IMG/VR virus record: IMGVR_UViG_3300032298_000540
Span: 1-64,000 of that record
DNA length: 64,000 nucleotides
Reading direction: 5' to 3' (one strand)
Origin: a virus
Shown: positions 16,841-26,951 of the stretch, piece by piece
Numbering within the stretch: position 1 is the first letter of the stretch
Layout: each line of letters begins with the position of its first letter
Translations under genes and position numbers: made by a program
The notes under the pieces: model-generated
What the model was told of the DNA's origin: nothing
Database searches by the model: none
What the model saw: only the letters and a program-made list of their open reading frames with translations

Positions 16841-17461
16841 ATGAATCCTTTTCAACAATTACTAGCTAATTTAAAAGCTCCAAAAATACTTGATGATTTA
16901 CCTCAATTAACTGGTGTAATACCCTCTTCGACTGCTTTAAGACATTCACCAGTTGCAGCTAATTTATTTAGTGCTTTTACAGGTGGTCCTTTAAAGTTAA
17001 AGGATTTTAATAATACGGGTAGTGCAACTATTAACCCTCTGGCAGGAGGAATGAACCTGTCTTTTGGAAATGGTTTTGGCGTAGATTTAAATGCAAAAAA
17101 TAAACAAATAGGACTACAGACCCCAATTGGCACTTTAAGCGGTAATTTCAACAAGGACAACCCAGGGGTAAATGTAGCATTTCCTGTAGGAAAAACTGCT
17201 GATGTGCAAGCTGGTTACGATCCTACACGCGGAGCGTTTGGCGAATTTAATTTTAACATTCCTTTTGGCGGTAATCAACAACCTTCTGGCGGACGTTTAC
17301 CTATACCTTCTTTACCCTCAAACCCAGTACCAGAAGTTGTTCGCCCACCTTCTACAGGAAGATTTCTTTCTGGTGATACACCTCTCCACCTTCTTCCAAA
17401 AGCAGAATTATCTGATCCTGAACAAAAATTTCTAAATGATTTTATACGTGGCCGACTATAA
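16841..17461 (+). CDS. Hypothetical protein
   Basis: 206 aa, beta-strand-like central region. Confidence 0.6.
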   Translation: MNPFQQLLANLKAPKILDDLPQLTGVIPSSTALRHSPVAANLFSAFTGGPLKLKDFNNTGSATINPLAGGMNLSFGNGFGVDLNAKNKQIGLQTPIGTLSGNFNKDNPGVNVAFPVGKTADVQAGYDPTRGAFGEFNFNIPFGGNQQPSGGRLPIPSLPSNPVPEVVRPPSTGRFLSGDTPLHLLPKAELSDPEQKFLNDFIRGRL

Positions 17462-17522
17462 ATGTCCTAAACTTTCACTAGAGATGCTAAGATTTACAAA
17501 ACCAAACTTTAATAAATAAGCT

Positions 17523-19811
17523 GTGGACGCTAACTCTCGCCTAAAAGAAATTATTGATTCCTACATCGAGAAAGATGGCGGAGCAAATATTGACACAGGT
17601 ATTGTTGCGTCCCATGTAGCACAAATGAAACTCTTTGGTATCCGCCAAGGGGTAGAATTTTTTCCTTCTCAAGATAATTTTGGTAATCAACGCAAAGATT
17701 TTGTCGATAGGGTACTCAAATACAACAGGATGGATACCCGCTTAGATTCAATCTGGGAGTATTTTCTGTGTGATGGACAAGGTTTGTTTTATATCAGACC
17801 TACTGAGTCTAATTACCGACTTTACTTTTTCCGCCAGCATGAATACCGTTCTTACTACGGAATCAATGGCGAGTTAGAAGAAGTAATTATTATCTATAGC
17901 TATAAAGTAAGACAAGGATCAGGTTTCAGCGATGGTGTTAACATCACTAATATCTCAGGTAATGCTATTACTGGTCCACAGGGAGCCAAGCGATATATTA
18001 AATTATCAATTAAAGATAAGGTAATCGAAGAAACGCATAGTGAAGGAGAGATGTCCTTTGACTTGCCTAGTTATAATGTCCCCGGACGTACTCAAACATT
18101 TAAAAATACACTCGGATTCATTCCTTGTGTAGAAATCTTCAATAGTCCCAAGGGTTTTTCTAACGAAGGGGTAGGAGAATTTGATGCATTAGCCAATCAT
18201 ATTGTCACGCATGACGAAATGGTACGTACCATGCGTAAGAATGTACAGTTCTTTGGTAATCCAACTCTTCTTTCATCAAGACCTAAGACAGATCTTATGG
18301 AAGCAGGATCTGATTCTACTGTTCAACGTCCTTCTATTGCAGCAAACTCTGGTTTTACTGGATTAGGTTCATTAAGTCAATCACGATTTAAATCAGATCC
18401 TCTTTCTAGAGGAATGGATGGACAGATCAGAGTACCTAGGGTGATTGCCAACCTGGAACCGAATGATCGTGTTGGTTATATTGTCCCAGATGCTATCACT
18501 GGAGATCAAAATAACTTTGCACGTCAGTATCGAGAAGAAATACGAACAGCTCTAGGGGGTGTAGACGATCTTTCTATCTCCGCTGGTATCACAGCAACAG
18601 AATATAAATCATTATTCGGTCGTGTATCAGCAACATCCAAGAAGAAAGCAAATGCTATTTATACATATGGTATTTGTAGGTGTTTAGAGTTAATCATCTA
18701 TCAAGAAGAACGTTTATTTCGTGATACATTAGCTGCTTCTAGTGGAATTGAAAAGCCAATAGAACCATCAGAGAATGCATCTAAAGAAGAAATTGATTTA
18801 TATGAAGCCAGTTTAAAAGGATTTGAAGAGAAAGTTAAACAAATAATGAAGGCTTGTGTAGAAACTCAATACATACCAACAGGCGTCATGGGCTTAATAC
18901 CAGACGGGGATCTAACCATGCTTTGGAGGTGGTTAGGTCCTGTTTACGAAGACTCCACGCAAGATATTTTAAATAATTCTATCGTGGTACGTAACCTCCA
19001 AGAATTAGGTGTTGATAGTATTGAAGCACTGAAGTACCTCTTCCCGTCAAAAACGGATGAGGAGCGGGCCTCGATGTTATCGGGATTCCCGTTCAGGATG
19101 GTCAACGAATTGCAAGGTGCTTACTCAGCCTTTGCAAAATTAGTGGGGGGCATGATGCAGACCCCTCACCCGCAGTCACCAGATTTACCGATGGCTGCAG
19201 ACCCACGTCTTGACCTTACACCTTATCTGTATCGTACCTTAGAAGCATTACAAAAGGAGATGAGTTATGCAGGACGCTACCGTCCAATCGATCCCACAGA
19301 TGAGCCAAGTACCAACCGCAGTAGCGCCAAGCAGCTACGTGGCAGTACCAGCGCCTCAAGCTCCAGCACCGAGCTACCAGGGACCGGTCAATTACCAGGT
19401 GGGTACCAGTTACCCCCAAGCGGTGCCACAAGCGCCTATCAGCTACCAATCAAGCCCTACTCAGTACGCCCCCCAATCCCAACCGGCGGCACCCCAGAAC
19501 AGCCCATGGGAATCGGCGTTCAACAAGGTGGTGGGTCTGCTGAGCGCACCAGTCCAATCCCCGTTCCAGGGTCAACCCTCGGCTCCGACGCCAACATACG
19601 CCCCGGCCAATTACGGTCAGACGTACAACGGCCAAGCTACGCCCAACTTGGGGACGCAGACCTCGTATCCCAACCAGGAATCCTCAGCCAATTATTCCCA
19701 AACTTCCTCGAGTCCCTCACTGCCCGAAATAGCGGACTACCTGGGCCTGAGCAACGAAAGCCGCCAGGTGATCGACGCGTTCGGGGTAGAAGCACCAGCC
19801 GTCCTAAATAA
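17523..19811 (+). CDS. Portal protein
   Basis: Large conserved protein between TerL and MCP; NTLGFIPCVEI and G.GEFD.L..HI..HD motifs; low-complexity C-terminal tail. Confidence 0.8.
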   Translation: MDANSRLKEIIDSYIEKDGGANIDTGIVASHVAQMKLFGIRQGVEFFPSQDNFGNQRKDFVDRVLKYNRMDTRLDSIWEYFLCDGQGLFYIRPTESNYRLYFFRQHEYRSYYGINGELEEVIIIYSYKVRQGSGFSDGVNITNISGNAITGPQGAKRYIKLSIKDKVIEETHSEGEMSFDLPSYNVPGRTQTFKNTLGFIPCVEIFNSPKGFSNEGVGEFDALANHIVTHDEMVRTMRKNVQFFGNPTLLSSRPKTDLMEAGSDSTVQRPSIAANSGFTGLGSLSQSRFKSDPLSRGMDGQIRVPRVIANLEPNDRVGYIVPDAITGDQNNFARQYREEIRTALGGVDDLSISAGITATEYKSLFGRVSATSKKKANAIYTYGICRCLELIIYQEERLFRDTLAASSGIEKPIEPSENASKEEIDLYEASLKGFEEKVKQIMKACVETQYIPTGVMGLIPDGDLTMLWRWLGPVYEDSTQDILNNSIVVRNLQELGVDSIEALKYLFPSKTDEERASMLSGFPFRMVNELQGAYSAFAKLVGGMMQTPHPQSPDLPMAADPRLDLTPYLYRTLEALQKEMSYAGRYRPIDPTDEPSTNRSSAKQLRGSTSASSSSTELPGTGQLPGGYQLPPSGATSAYQLPIKPYSVRPPIPTGGTPEQPMGIGVQQGGGSAERTSPIPVPGSTLGSDANIRPGQLRSDVQRPSYAQLGDADLVSQPGILSQLFPNFLESLTARNSGLPGPEQRKPPGDRRVRGRSTSRPK

Positions 19812-20235
19812 CTATGCTCTCCAATTGGAGACAATGTTGGACAATGCTGTTGCATGGGGCCAAAAAGCTAATGGTTTGCTGCATGGTTATGCCAACTTTG
19901 CTGTAAATGAGCACCAAGAGAATCTCGCTTATAACGAAATTCTGACTAATCCTGATGTACTGAGTGACTACACTTTGAAGTTCTTCGGTCCTGAAGGTCC
20001 TTATCCTGTATATGAAAGTGAGGGCGAATTGGAAACACCTGGTTATCGCACAGAGCAAGTAGTACCTGGTTATGGGAATTTCCCTGCACCTCCTGATGCT
20101 GCTGCTCCACAACAACCCCAAAACTTCTGGGGTGGATTCAATGAAATCATGGCACGAGATCCCCAGAATGCCTGGCGTGTTCTTAACCAAGCTCAACCTA
20201 ATACTGTAGCTAACAAGCTATTTGTAATGGAGTGA
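19267..20235 (+). CDS. Capsid scaffolding protein candidate
   Basis: P/Q/S-rich N-terminus, helical C-terminus; AAGGAG SD upstream; sits ahead of MCP. Confidence 0.75.
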   Translation: MQDATVQSIPQMSQVPTAVAPSSYVAVPAPQAPAPSYQGPVNYQVGTSYPQAVPQAPISYQSSPTQYAPQSQPAAPQNSPWESAFNKVVGLLSAPVQSPFQGQPSAPTPTYAPANYGQTYNGQATPNLGTQTSYPNQESSANYSQTSSSPSLPEIADYLGLSNESRQVIDAFGVEAPAVLNNYALQLETMLDNAVAWGQKANGLLHGYANFAVNEHQENLAYNEILTNPDVLSDYTLKFFGPEGPYPVYESEGELETPGYRTEQVVPGYGNFPAPPDAAAPQQPQNFWGGFNEIMARDPQNAWRVLNQAQPNTVANKLFVME

Positions 20236-20239
20236 GGCC

Positions 20240-20767
20240 ATGCGTCCACTTCTTAAATACGGAATCCCTGCAGCCGCTGGTTTAGCTACCGGTGGTTATG
20301 CTCTTTCACAAGGTGAAGATCCAGGTTCTGCTGCGGTAGCTGGACTTACTGGCGCTGCTGGTGCATATGGAGGTCTTCGTTTAGCTGGTAAATACAGCCC
20401 TTCGCTTGCGCAGGATAGTAAACGTTTACTTGGTAAAACAGAAGACAAGCTATCCCGTGCAAGTTACAACACCGAAAATGATCGTATCTCAGACGTATTA
20501 TTAGGTCTTTCTGGTGCTGCAGGTAATGTTGCCGACCGTATTACACCTAGGGGTATGGGTAAAGTTACAGCAGCGGGCTTAGTTCCTGGGGCTTCAGCAC
20601 TTGCTGGATTAGGTGGAATTGCCCTTGGTGCTATACCTAGTTCTATGGGGATTCCAGGATTTGCCGATCAACCCATTGATCCCGAATCTTACGGATCTAG
20701 CAATTCACCCGGTGCCCGGTACAAACAAACAACAGGCACTGCAGGTATTAGTAACTATCAACGATAG
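20240..20767 (+). CDS. Gly/Ala-rich hypothetical virion protein
   Basis: 175 aa with hydrophobic Gly-rich helices. Confidence 0.65.
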   Translation: MRPLLKYGIPAAAGLATGGYALSQGEDPGSAAVAGLTGAAGAYGGLRLAGKYSPSLAQDSKRLLGKTEDKLSRASYNTENDRISDVLLGLSGAAGNVADRITPRGMGKVTAAGLVPGASALAGLGGIALGAIPSSMGIPGFADQPIDPESYGSSNSPGARYKQTTGTAGISNYQR

Positions 20768-20780
20768 TTAAATTAGTACC

Positions 20781-20789
20781 TGCTAAAAT
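20781..20789 (+). promoter_or_regulatory. Extended -10 promoter upstream of MCP
   Basis: TGcTAAAAT; AGGAGG SD before the GTG start. Confidence 0.5.
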
Positions 20790-20862
20790 TTTCATAGATA
20801 AAGACAGTTGTACGTCTGAATCTTTTCACCATACATCCTGCAATATAGGAGGATAAACTAAA

Positions 20863-22029
20863 GTGTTTATTGATACCGATTTTCCAAAGATCTTAGGTGC
20901 AGAACTTTACCGTCCTCACCCTGCTTACATCTGCGAGATGGCCGTAGAACCAGTAGTGGTTCATGACTTTACTCGTCAGCCTGGTCAAACCGTTCAACTT
21001 GATCGCTACAAATTCTGGGGCACTCCTGGTACTAAGGATAGCCGCGAACGTATTTCCGATCAAACCATTGGTACTGCCAACAGCCGTAACATCACCAAGG
21101 AAAAAGTCCTTGTGGTGCTTAAGGAATACACTGGCCCTGCGGATCCTTCTGATCCTACTCAGCCTAGTACCTTTAAGATTGCTCGTGAAACTCTGATTAC
21201 TGCTCAGCGCATGTTGCTGGACACAGGTAATCTGAATATGTTCCACCAGTCTATTGGCTCCCTTACACTTCTTGATGATTATCGCCGTTGGCGTGATCGT
21301 GTGTTTATTGATGAACTAGCCAAAGCAGAAGCTAATGGCGAAGCATCAACATCACAAGGTGGTTACTACTTCCCAACTGGTGCTGCTAAGGATTCCAGTG
21401 GCCGTATTTCTTACACCACTGCTCAGTACACAGCTAACGCACAACAGTTCCACGTATCTACCGACCTGTTGAATGTTGTTAAGGATCTCCGTAAGCGCAA
21501 CGTACCTACCTTCTCTGATGGTCTGTATCGTTGTATTTGCGATCCTACATTCATGATGCACCTGCGTCGTGATGCTGACTTCCGTGAAATTGCACGTTAT
21601 TCAGGTAATCCTGGTCAAGGCATGTATATGTCTGGCAATCCCATGATGCCTAATAATGCTAGTTTCTACCAAGGTCCTCAAGCGGGTCAAGGTTACTTCC
21701 TGGCTGGTGAACCTGTAATGCCTACTGGCGTTCAGTTTGAAGGTGTTAAATTCTATGAATCTACCAACTTCCCAACCAAGAATATTACAGCTAGCTTTAC
21801 TGATGCTCCTGCTTATACTTCCCAGGAAGTAGCCCAAGGTTTCTTCTTTGGTCCTCAAGCAGTAGGCGTTGGTGTAGGCGGTCCTAATGCTCAAGTTCTC
21901 ATTAACAATAATGATGACTTCAGCCGCTTTATCATTCTTATCTGGCAACTGTATGCTGGTTTTGAAATCCTGAACAAGGACTTTGTTACCACTGCTTACA
22001 GCTTTGTCAGCGATGACGGCGTTCTTTGA
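20863..22029 (+). CDS. Major capsid protein
   Basis: MFID.DFPK.LGAELYRPHP...VHDF..QPGQTVQLDRY recalled as S-EIV1/PaV-LD-type MCP; strong SD and high-expression codon usage. Confidence 0.9.
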   Translation: MFIDTDFPKILGAELYRPHPAYICEMAVEPVVVHDFTRQPGQTVQLDRYKFWGTPGTKDSRERISDQTIGTANSRNITKEKVLVVLKEYTGPADPSDPTQPSTFKIARETLITAQRMLLDTGNLNMFHQSIGSLTLLDDYRRWRDRVFIDELAKAEANGEASTSQGGYYFPTGAAKDSSGRISYTTAQYTANAQQFHVSTDLLNVVKDLRKRNVPTFSDGLYRCICDPTFMMHLRRDADFREIARYSGNPGQGMYMSGNPMMPNNASFYQGPQAGQGYFLAGEPVMPTGVQFEGVKFYESTNFPTKNITASFTDAPAYTSQEVAQGFFFGPQAVGVGVGGPNAQVLINNNDDFSRFIILIWQLYAGFEILNKDFVTTAYSFVSDDGVL

Positions 22030-22059
22030 TACAATAAATAAAACAACAAGGAGAAATAA

Positions 22060-22893
22060 ATGACTTATTTGACTTCCAAAAAGATCTACCCTGGCAACTG
22101 GGTAGAAGCTCTTAATGGCTGGTACAAAAACTTTGACTCCACTGGCGCTGGTGGAAGTGCAGATGCGTCTAAGGCTGGCCCTACATCTGTTCTAGCTATT
22201 CCCGGTTATCGTTACTTTCAGCAACGTGGTTATGTTCCTGTAACCTGGGTGTCTGGTGATTCTGCTACTTATGGTCAAACCATGAGTGTTATCATCCCAT
22301 CTCCTTACAGGCAAGATGATACTCGTACTGATATTACCGGAATGGTAATCAGTGGTAACTCCACCCAAGCAGGCTATGTTTACCGCGCTGCAATCTCCGT
22401 TGGTTCTGGCTGGGGAGACAATCGTGTTGCTTCTGGTGTTTACGCCGCAACAGGTAACGTAATTGCCTTTGGTCGTGATAGCTCTGGTCCAGTTGCCGCT
22501 TCTGGTGAATCAGTGGCTGCTGCTGTACTATCTTCTACTGTTTCAGGTGAAGGCGCTGGCACTGTTTATTTTGCAGGTGGTAATCAAGCCTTTGGTTCAG
22601 TTCCTGTATTTATTGGACCTGCATCTGGCCTACAAGTTACAACTGGTTCAGGTTTTGTAAACAGTGGTGCTGTATACAAACAGATTACTTCTGCTACAAC
22701 CTTTAAGGTATACGCCAAATCTTCTGGTGATGCCACTGCTGTTTCAGGCGGTGTGTACATCTCACAAGCAGACAAAAATGCTGGTTTAACCGGTTACCTG
22801 TTTGTGGAAGTTTGCTACCTGGTTCCTGATAACGCCCCTGATTACAGCGATCTAGAAGCTTATCTTAATAATCGGACCGTCAGTTCGACTTAA
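22060..22893 (+). CDS. Major structural protein (decoration or tail)
   Basis: Follows MCP, AGGAG SD, beta-rich S/G/T composition. Confidence 0.7.
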   Translation: MTYLTSKKIYPGNWVEALNGWYKNFDSTGAGGSADASKAGPTSVLAIPGYRYFQQRGYVPVTWVSGDSATYGQTMSVIIPSPYRQDDTRTDITGMVISGNSTQAGYVYRAAISVGSGWGDNRVASGVYAATGNVIAFGRDSSGPVAASGESVAAAVLSSTVSGEGAGTVYFAGGNQAFGSVPVFIGPASGLQVTTGSGFVNSGAVYKQITSATTFKVYAKSSGDATAVSGGVYISQADKNAGLTGYLFVEVCYLVPDNAPDYSDLEAYLNNRTVSST

Positions 22894-22927
22894 TTAGGGT
22901 AAACTAATACCAGAACACCTGGTACCC

Positions 22928-23338
22928 ATGCTTTATCAACACACCAAAACCGGCGCTCGGATTAAAGTTATTAGTGAATGGGATAATGGCGAATGGTTCA
23001 TGGTCGAAGACCAGGACGGTCGCCTTTATACCGTTTACAAGACTGAAATCAAGCCGGATGAGTCCGCTAATAAAACGGTTAAGACTCTACAGGTAAAAGA
23101 TAAAGCAGCAAAGGAAGCACCCCGTGCCTTTCCCCCAGATCATCGCTTGAATCTTAATTCAGCAACCGCTCAAATGATTGCTGATCATATTAAAGGGATT
23201 GGTCTCAAGACAGCACGTGAGATTAAAGACATACAGATGAGTCTTTCTGGTGAAAAGTTCAGTAATCTAGATCAGTTAAAACAGATTAAACGTGTTGATT
23301 GGGACTCTGTATTTGCTGCTGATTTGGTACGTGTGTGA
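22928..23338 (+). CDS. Helix-hairpin-helix (ComEA/PsbU-like) protein
   Basis: LNLNSATA..I...IKGIG..TA..I......FSNLDQLKQI motif. Confidence 0.75.
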   Translation: MLYQHTKTGARIKVISEWDNGEWFMVEDQDGRLYTVYKTEIKPDESANKTVKTLQVKDKAAKEAPRAFPPDHRLNLNSATAQMIADHIKGIGLKTAREIKDIQMSLSGEKFSNLDQLKQIKRVDWDSVFAADLVRV

Positions 23339-23341
23339 TGT

Positions 23342-23372
23342 AAGCCCTGCTTCGGCGGGGCTTCTTCATTTT
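23342..23372 (+). terminator. Rho-independent terminator
   Basis: AAGCCCTGC-TTCG-GCGGGGCTT followed by T-rich tract. Confidence 0.7.
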
Positions 23373-23394
23373 AGAATTGAAATAAAGTAGTAAA

Positions 23395-24126
23395 ATGACA
23401 AATTCAGGTGGTAGGTTTTTTGTAGGCAATATTGGCAGTACTGGTACAGCCACTGGTCCTCATATTCATAAATATGTCAAGGATTTAAAGACAGGTTCTT
23501 ATATTGATCCATCGACAATTAAAAGCGCTTTAACCGGGATTCAGATAGGAGAGAAAAGAACTCCTTTGGTTAGACGTACCTCTACAGGTGGTTTTGAGTG
23601 GAATCCTGATACAGGATTAGTAGTTACCTCACCGTTTGGCCGAAGGACAGCACCAACGGCAGGAGCATCGACTGATCATAGAGGCATCGATTTTGGTGGC
23701 ACAGCTGGAACACCAGTTTATTTACAAGGTTATGGTAAAGCTTTACCTGTACCATCAGCAGGTGGTTACGGTAACTTAATGACGTTTAAAACAGCAGATA
23801 ATAAATATGAATTAGGTTTTGGTCATATGAGTAAGCTGGGACCAGAAGCCCAAATATATGCATCAAATTTAAACACAAAGCCAACGGCACCTGCATTACC
23901 AGCATCTGATTTTGCTGTTTACAATCAGGGACAGCAAGCAGGACAAGGGTTAGGTGCCTTAGCAACATTAGGTTTTATGAGTAAATTATTAGGAGATGCA
24001 AAAAGCAGTAGGAGTAGTTCTAGTGGTTTGTATAGTAGTTTAATAGGATCTTTATTAAAACCTGAACAAAATACAACTACTGATTTCTTGATGAACTATA
24101 TGATGAATAATCCTTATGAAGTATAA
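23395..24126 (+). CDS. M23 family peptidase, circularly permuted
   Basis: GSTG..TGPHIH at residues 14-25 precedes TSPFG.R, H95-RGID, GYGN and GH144. Confidence 0.8.
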   Translation: MTNSGGRFFVGNIGSTGTATGPHIHKYVKDLKTGSYIDPSTIKSALTGIQIGEKRTPLVRRTSTGGFEWNPDTGLVVTSPFGRRTAPTAGASTDHRGIDFGGTAGTPVYLQGYGKALPVPSAGGYGNLMTFKTADNKYELGFGHMSKLGPEAQIYASNLNTKPTAPALPASDFAVYNQGQQAGQGLGALATLGFMSKLLGDAKSSRSSSSGLYSSLIGSLLKPEQNTTTDFLMNYMMNNPYEV

Positions 24127-24171
24127 GGTTGATTTATTACACCTATAATAAAAGAATGATGGTAACAAGAA

Positions 24172-24633
24172 GTGCAGCTATCTGATTTTGATAAAAGTAG
24201 AGTAAGGTATCATCTAGGGTATTTTACTGTTTCTATTCCAGCGGGAGACTACGCTCGTCTAGAAGAAGCATTGAATACTGTACCAGATTCTTATTTCTAC
24301 AATAAGATCACTATTCAGATTGGGCGTTGTGATACAGCTGAAAAGAAAACTGAAGTTGCAACATCTCCTTCCACAAGGATTGAAAGCATCCTTGGAGACG
24401 TAGACCGTACTATCCGATCTTCTAATGCAAAAGAAGCCCTTAAAGTATGGGATGAAATATACTTGTATGAAACAAATCGGCTAGCAATGATTCTTTATGT
24501 ACCAAATTATAAAGATCCATTCCAAGCACGTTATCGTTATGAACGTTCAGGTGCTGAATATATTCAAGCATTACCTGGACCCGCTGATACTGCCGTAGGT
24601 AGTAATCTTTATCTTCACGTAAACCATAGGTAG
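24172..24633 (+). CDS. Putative head-tail adaptor
   Basis: DKSRVRYHLGY N-terminal motif; position after capsid genes. Confidence 0.55.
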   Translation: MQLSDFDKSRVRYHLGYFTVSIPAGDYARLEEALNTVPDSYFYNKITIQIGRCDTAEKKTEVATSPSTRIESILGDVDRTIRSSNAKEALKVWDEIYLYETNRLAMILYVPNYKDPFQARYRYERSGAEYIQALPGPADTAVGSNLYLHVNHR

Positions 24634-24637
24634 TATC

Positions 24638-25456
24638 ATGAATCCAGTTCAAAAATTATTACAAAGTATTTCAGGATCAGGTATTCAACGTGTTGCTGAA
24701 TCTCTTCTTCCAAAACAAGCATTTAATCCCATTGGCGGTGTGGGTGGTTTAATTCAAAATTTAAATAAATTAACACCAGCGGGTGCAGTAAAGCCAGGAC
24801 TTAAACTTGGAGGTACTATCACAGGAATAGGGGATGTAATACTGACAGGATACAAAGGATCTGTACAACAAAACGAATTAGGAGGACTTCTTTCTCCTAC
24901 AGGAGCTGCCTACGGTGCAGCACGTATGCTTACAGGAGGTCCCTTTTCGCTATTACCTGAAATAATGGATATAAAAATACCACGAACTTCAGGTACACAA
25001 ACAAAAAAAGGGACATTAGATACAGGACGTTACATCCCTGGCGACCAACAAAAAACTATTTTTACAAAACAATTTGATCCAGCACCTCCCGTTACTACTC
25101 CTCCTGTTAATACAGGATCTACGCAAGCAGGTACTCTAAACACTGGTATAGGATCACCAGATCAACGACGTGTAATAGAAGAACGTAATTATCAAACTCA
25201 ATTAAGTAATGCTAAACAACAATATGCCACACCTGATCCTATGTCTTCAGACTTTCAAGGATATCCAAATGAATTAGCTGCTCAGTATGGATTAGAGCAA
25301 TCCTACGGACAAGAATTAAAACAAGCTGGAACCTTAGTACCCCAGTTACAAGAAGCAGGAGCAGGCGCTGGTATGACACCTGAAAACTTTGCAGCCTGGG
25401 CTAAAGCTAATCCAGGACTTGCTGTACGTTTACTAAGTCAAGGACAAAGAAACTAA
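24638..25456 (+). CDS. Hypothetical virion protein
   Basis: 272-aa ORF. Confidence 0.65.
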   Translation: MNPVQKLLQSISGSGIQRVAESLLPKQAFNPIGGVGGLIQNLNKLTPAGAVKPGLKLGGTITGIGDVILTGYKGSVQQNELGGLLSPTGAAYGAARMLTGGPFSLLPEIMDIKIPRTSGTQTKKGTLDTGRYIPGDQQKTIFTKQFDPAPPVTTPPVNTGSTQAGTLNTGIGSPDQRRVIEERNYQTQLSNAKQQYATPDPMSSDFQGYPNELAAQYGLEQSYGQELKQAGTLVPQLQEAGAGAGMTPENFAAWAKANPGLAVRLLSQGQRN

Positions 25457-25457
25457 A

Positions 25458-26123
25458 ATGGCACCTAACGTTATTAGTCCACAAGCGGCTGCTCTTTTAA
25501 GAGTTATCCGCCACGCAGAAGGAACTGCTGGTCCAAAGGGATATTCTACGATGTTTGGTGGAGGTCAATTTGATCCATCAAAAGGACATCCAGATCGAGT
25601 TGTAAAAAGTGGTGGGTATTCTTCAGCCGCAGCAGGTGCGTACCAATTTATGCCAGATACCTGGAGAGGCGTGTCAAGTAAACTTAAACTTCCAGACTTC
25701 TCTCCCGGTTCACAAGATTTAGGTGCCTTACAGTTAATTAGAGCACGTGGTGTAAATCCAGATCAGCCATTAACACCGCAAAGTTTAAATAAATTAGCCC
25801 CTGAGTGGGCATCTTTACCTACACTAAAAGGTACTAGTTACTATGGACAACCTGTAAAAGCTGTTAAAGAATTATTAAATATATATCAACAAAATTTGAA
25901 TCCTGATCCTTCTTCTGTACCAAAGAAACCACAACAACTGTCACAAGCACCAGACACTCTAAGACAAGTTTCAGCCGGTAACTTATTCGGAGGAATGACA
26001 ATGGAAAGCCTTATGAAACAAGGCATACAAGAAGAACTTTTAACTAATTTGATTCAACCAGAAGAAGATAAAACCAATTTATTTGCTCAACTTTTAAATC
26101 AAACTAGACCATATTACAGTTGA
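25458..26123 (+). CDS. Lambda-R-like lytic transglycosylase/muramidase
   Basis: ALLRVIRHAEGT, S.AAGAYQF...TW, DFSP.SQD.GA, EWASLP motifs. Confidence 0.88.
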   Translation: MAPNVISPQAAALLRVIRHAEGTAGPKGYSTMFGGGQFDPSKGHPDRVVKSGGYSSAAAGAYQFMPDTWRGVSSKLKLPDFSPGSQDLGALQLIRARGVNPDQPLTPQSLNKLAPEWASLPTLKGTSYYGQPVKAVKELLNIYQQNLNPDPSSVPKKPQQLSQAPDTLRQVSAGNLFGGMTMESLMKQGIQEELLTNLIQPEEDKTNLFAQLLNQTRPYYS

Positions 26124-26163
26124 ATAAGCTAGAATTTAAATACGAAGAATTAAGGTAAGGAAC

Positions 26164-26949
26164 TTGTCATCTACTTCCACGAATAAACAACCTCTGTTTA
26201 TTGATCGTCCTTTATTTGATACAGTTCGTGTAACGACACAAACAGTTGGTAGTGCAGGTTCTAATACATTAGAAGTTCAAGGGGGACAAGCTCCTTCTAT
26301 TCTTGTTGATGTAGATGCTGCTCTTAGTGATGATACAAATAATGGTGTTGTTATAGACGCTATTACAATTACTCGCAGTGATTTTTATCGTCCTGCGGAC
26401 TACACTCTGAGTGCAAGTACATCAGGTACGGTTGTTTCAATTGCAAGTGGTCAAATTGTTAATGTAACAACAACAGGAAGTTTCACTGGTGCAGGTGTTG
26501 TTGAGAGCGGTGTTGGTCATTACACATATACAGGATCAACTACATTAACTGGCGTTAATACAACACTTCGTTATTCAGGGGGTACTTCTTCAGGCTTTAC
26601 ATATAAAGGTGTATCTTATGGGCAACAACCTGCTGTAACTTTTGTCTTTTACCAAACACGGGGTACAACAGTACCGATCCCTGCTTCTTTTGATTATCAT
26701 ATATTGTTTTCTAAGACTGTTACTGATGGGGTCGATACAATCGATTGTTCAGATGTAATGCCTCAGTTAGCGGCTCCTGTCATGTCAGCGGGTAATACCA
26801 GTGGGTTAGGTAGTACTGCACCACTACGTAATAAAGGAATCTACCTGGAACGGGGCGACCGTTTATACGTAGGTGTTTTTCCTGATGGGCCTAATGTTGG
26901 CGGGTATACTCCAGGGGCATATGTGTACGCACAAGGTGGCTTCTTCTAA
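26164..26949 (+). CDS. Putative tail structural protein
   Basis: T/S/G-rich, STNKQP.FIDRPL N-terminus, AQGGFF C-terminus. Confidence 0.65.
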   Translation: MSSTSTNKQPLFIDRPLFDTVRVTTQTVGSAGSNTLEVQGGQAPSILVDVDAALSDDTNNGVVIDAITITRSDFYRPADYTLSASTSGTVVSIASGQIVNVTTTGSFTGAGVVESGVGHYTYTGSTTLTGVNTTLRYSGGTSSGFTYKGVSYGQQPAVTFVFYQTRGTTVPIPASFDYHILFSKTVTDGVDTIDCSDVMPQLAAPVMSAGNTSGLGSTAPLRNKGIYLERGDRLYVGVFPDGPNVGGYTPGAYVYAQGGFF

Positions 26950-26951
26950 TA

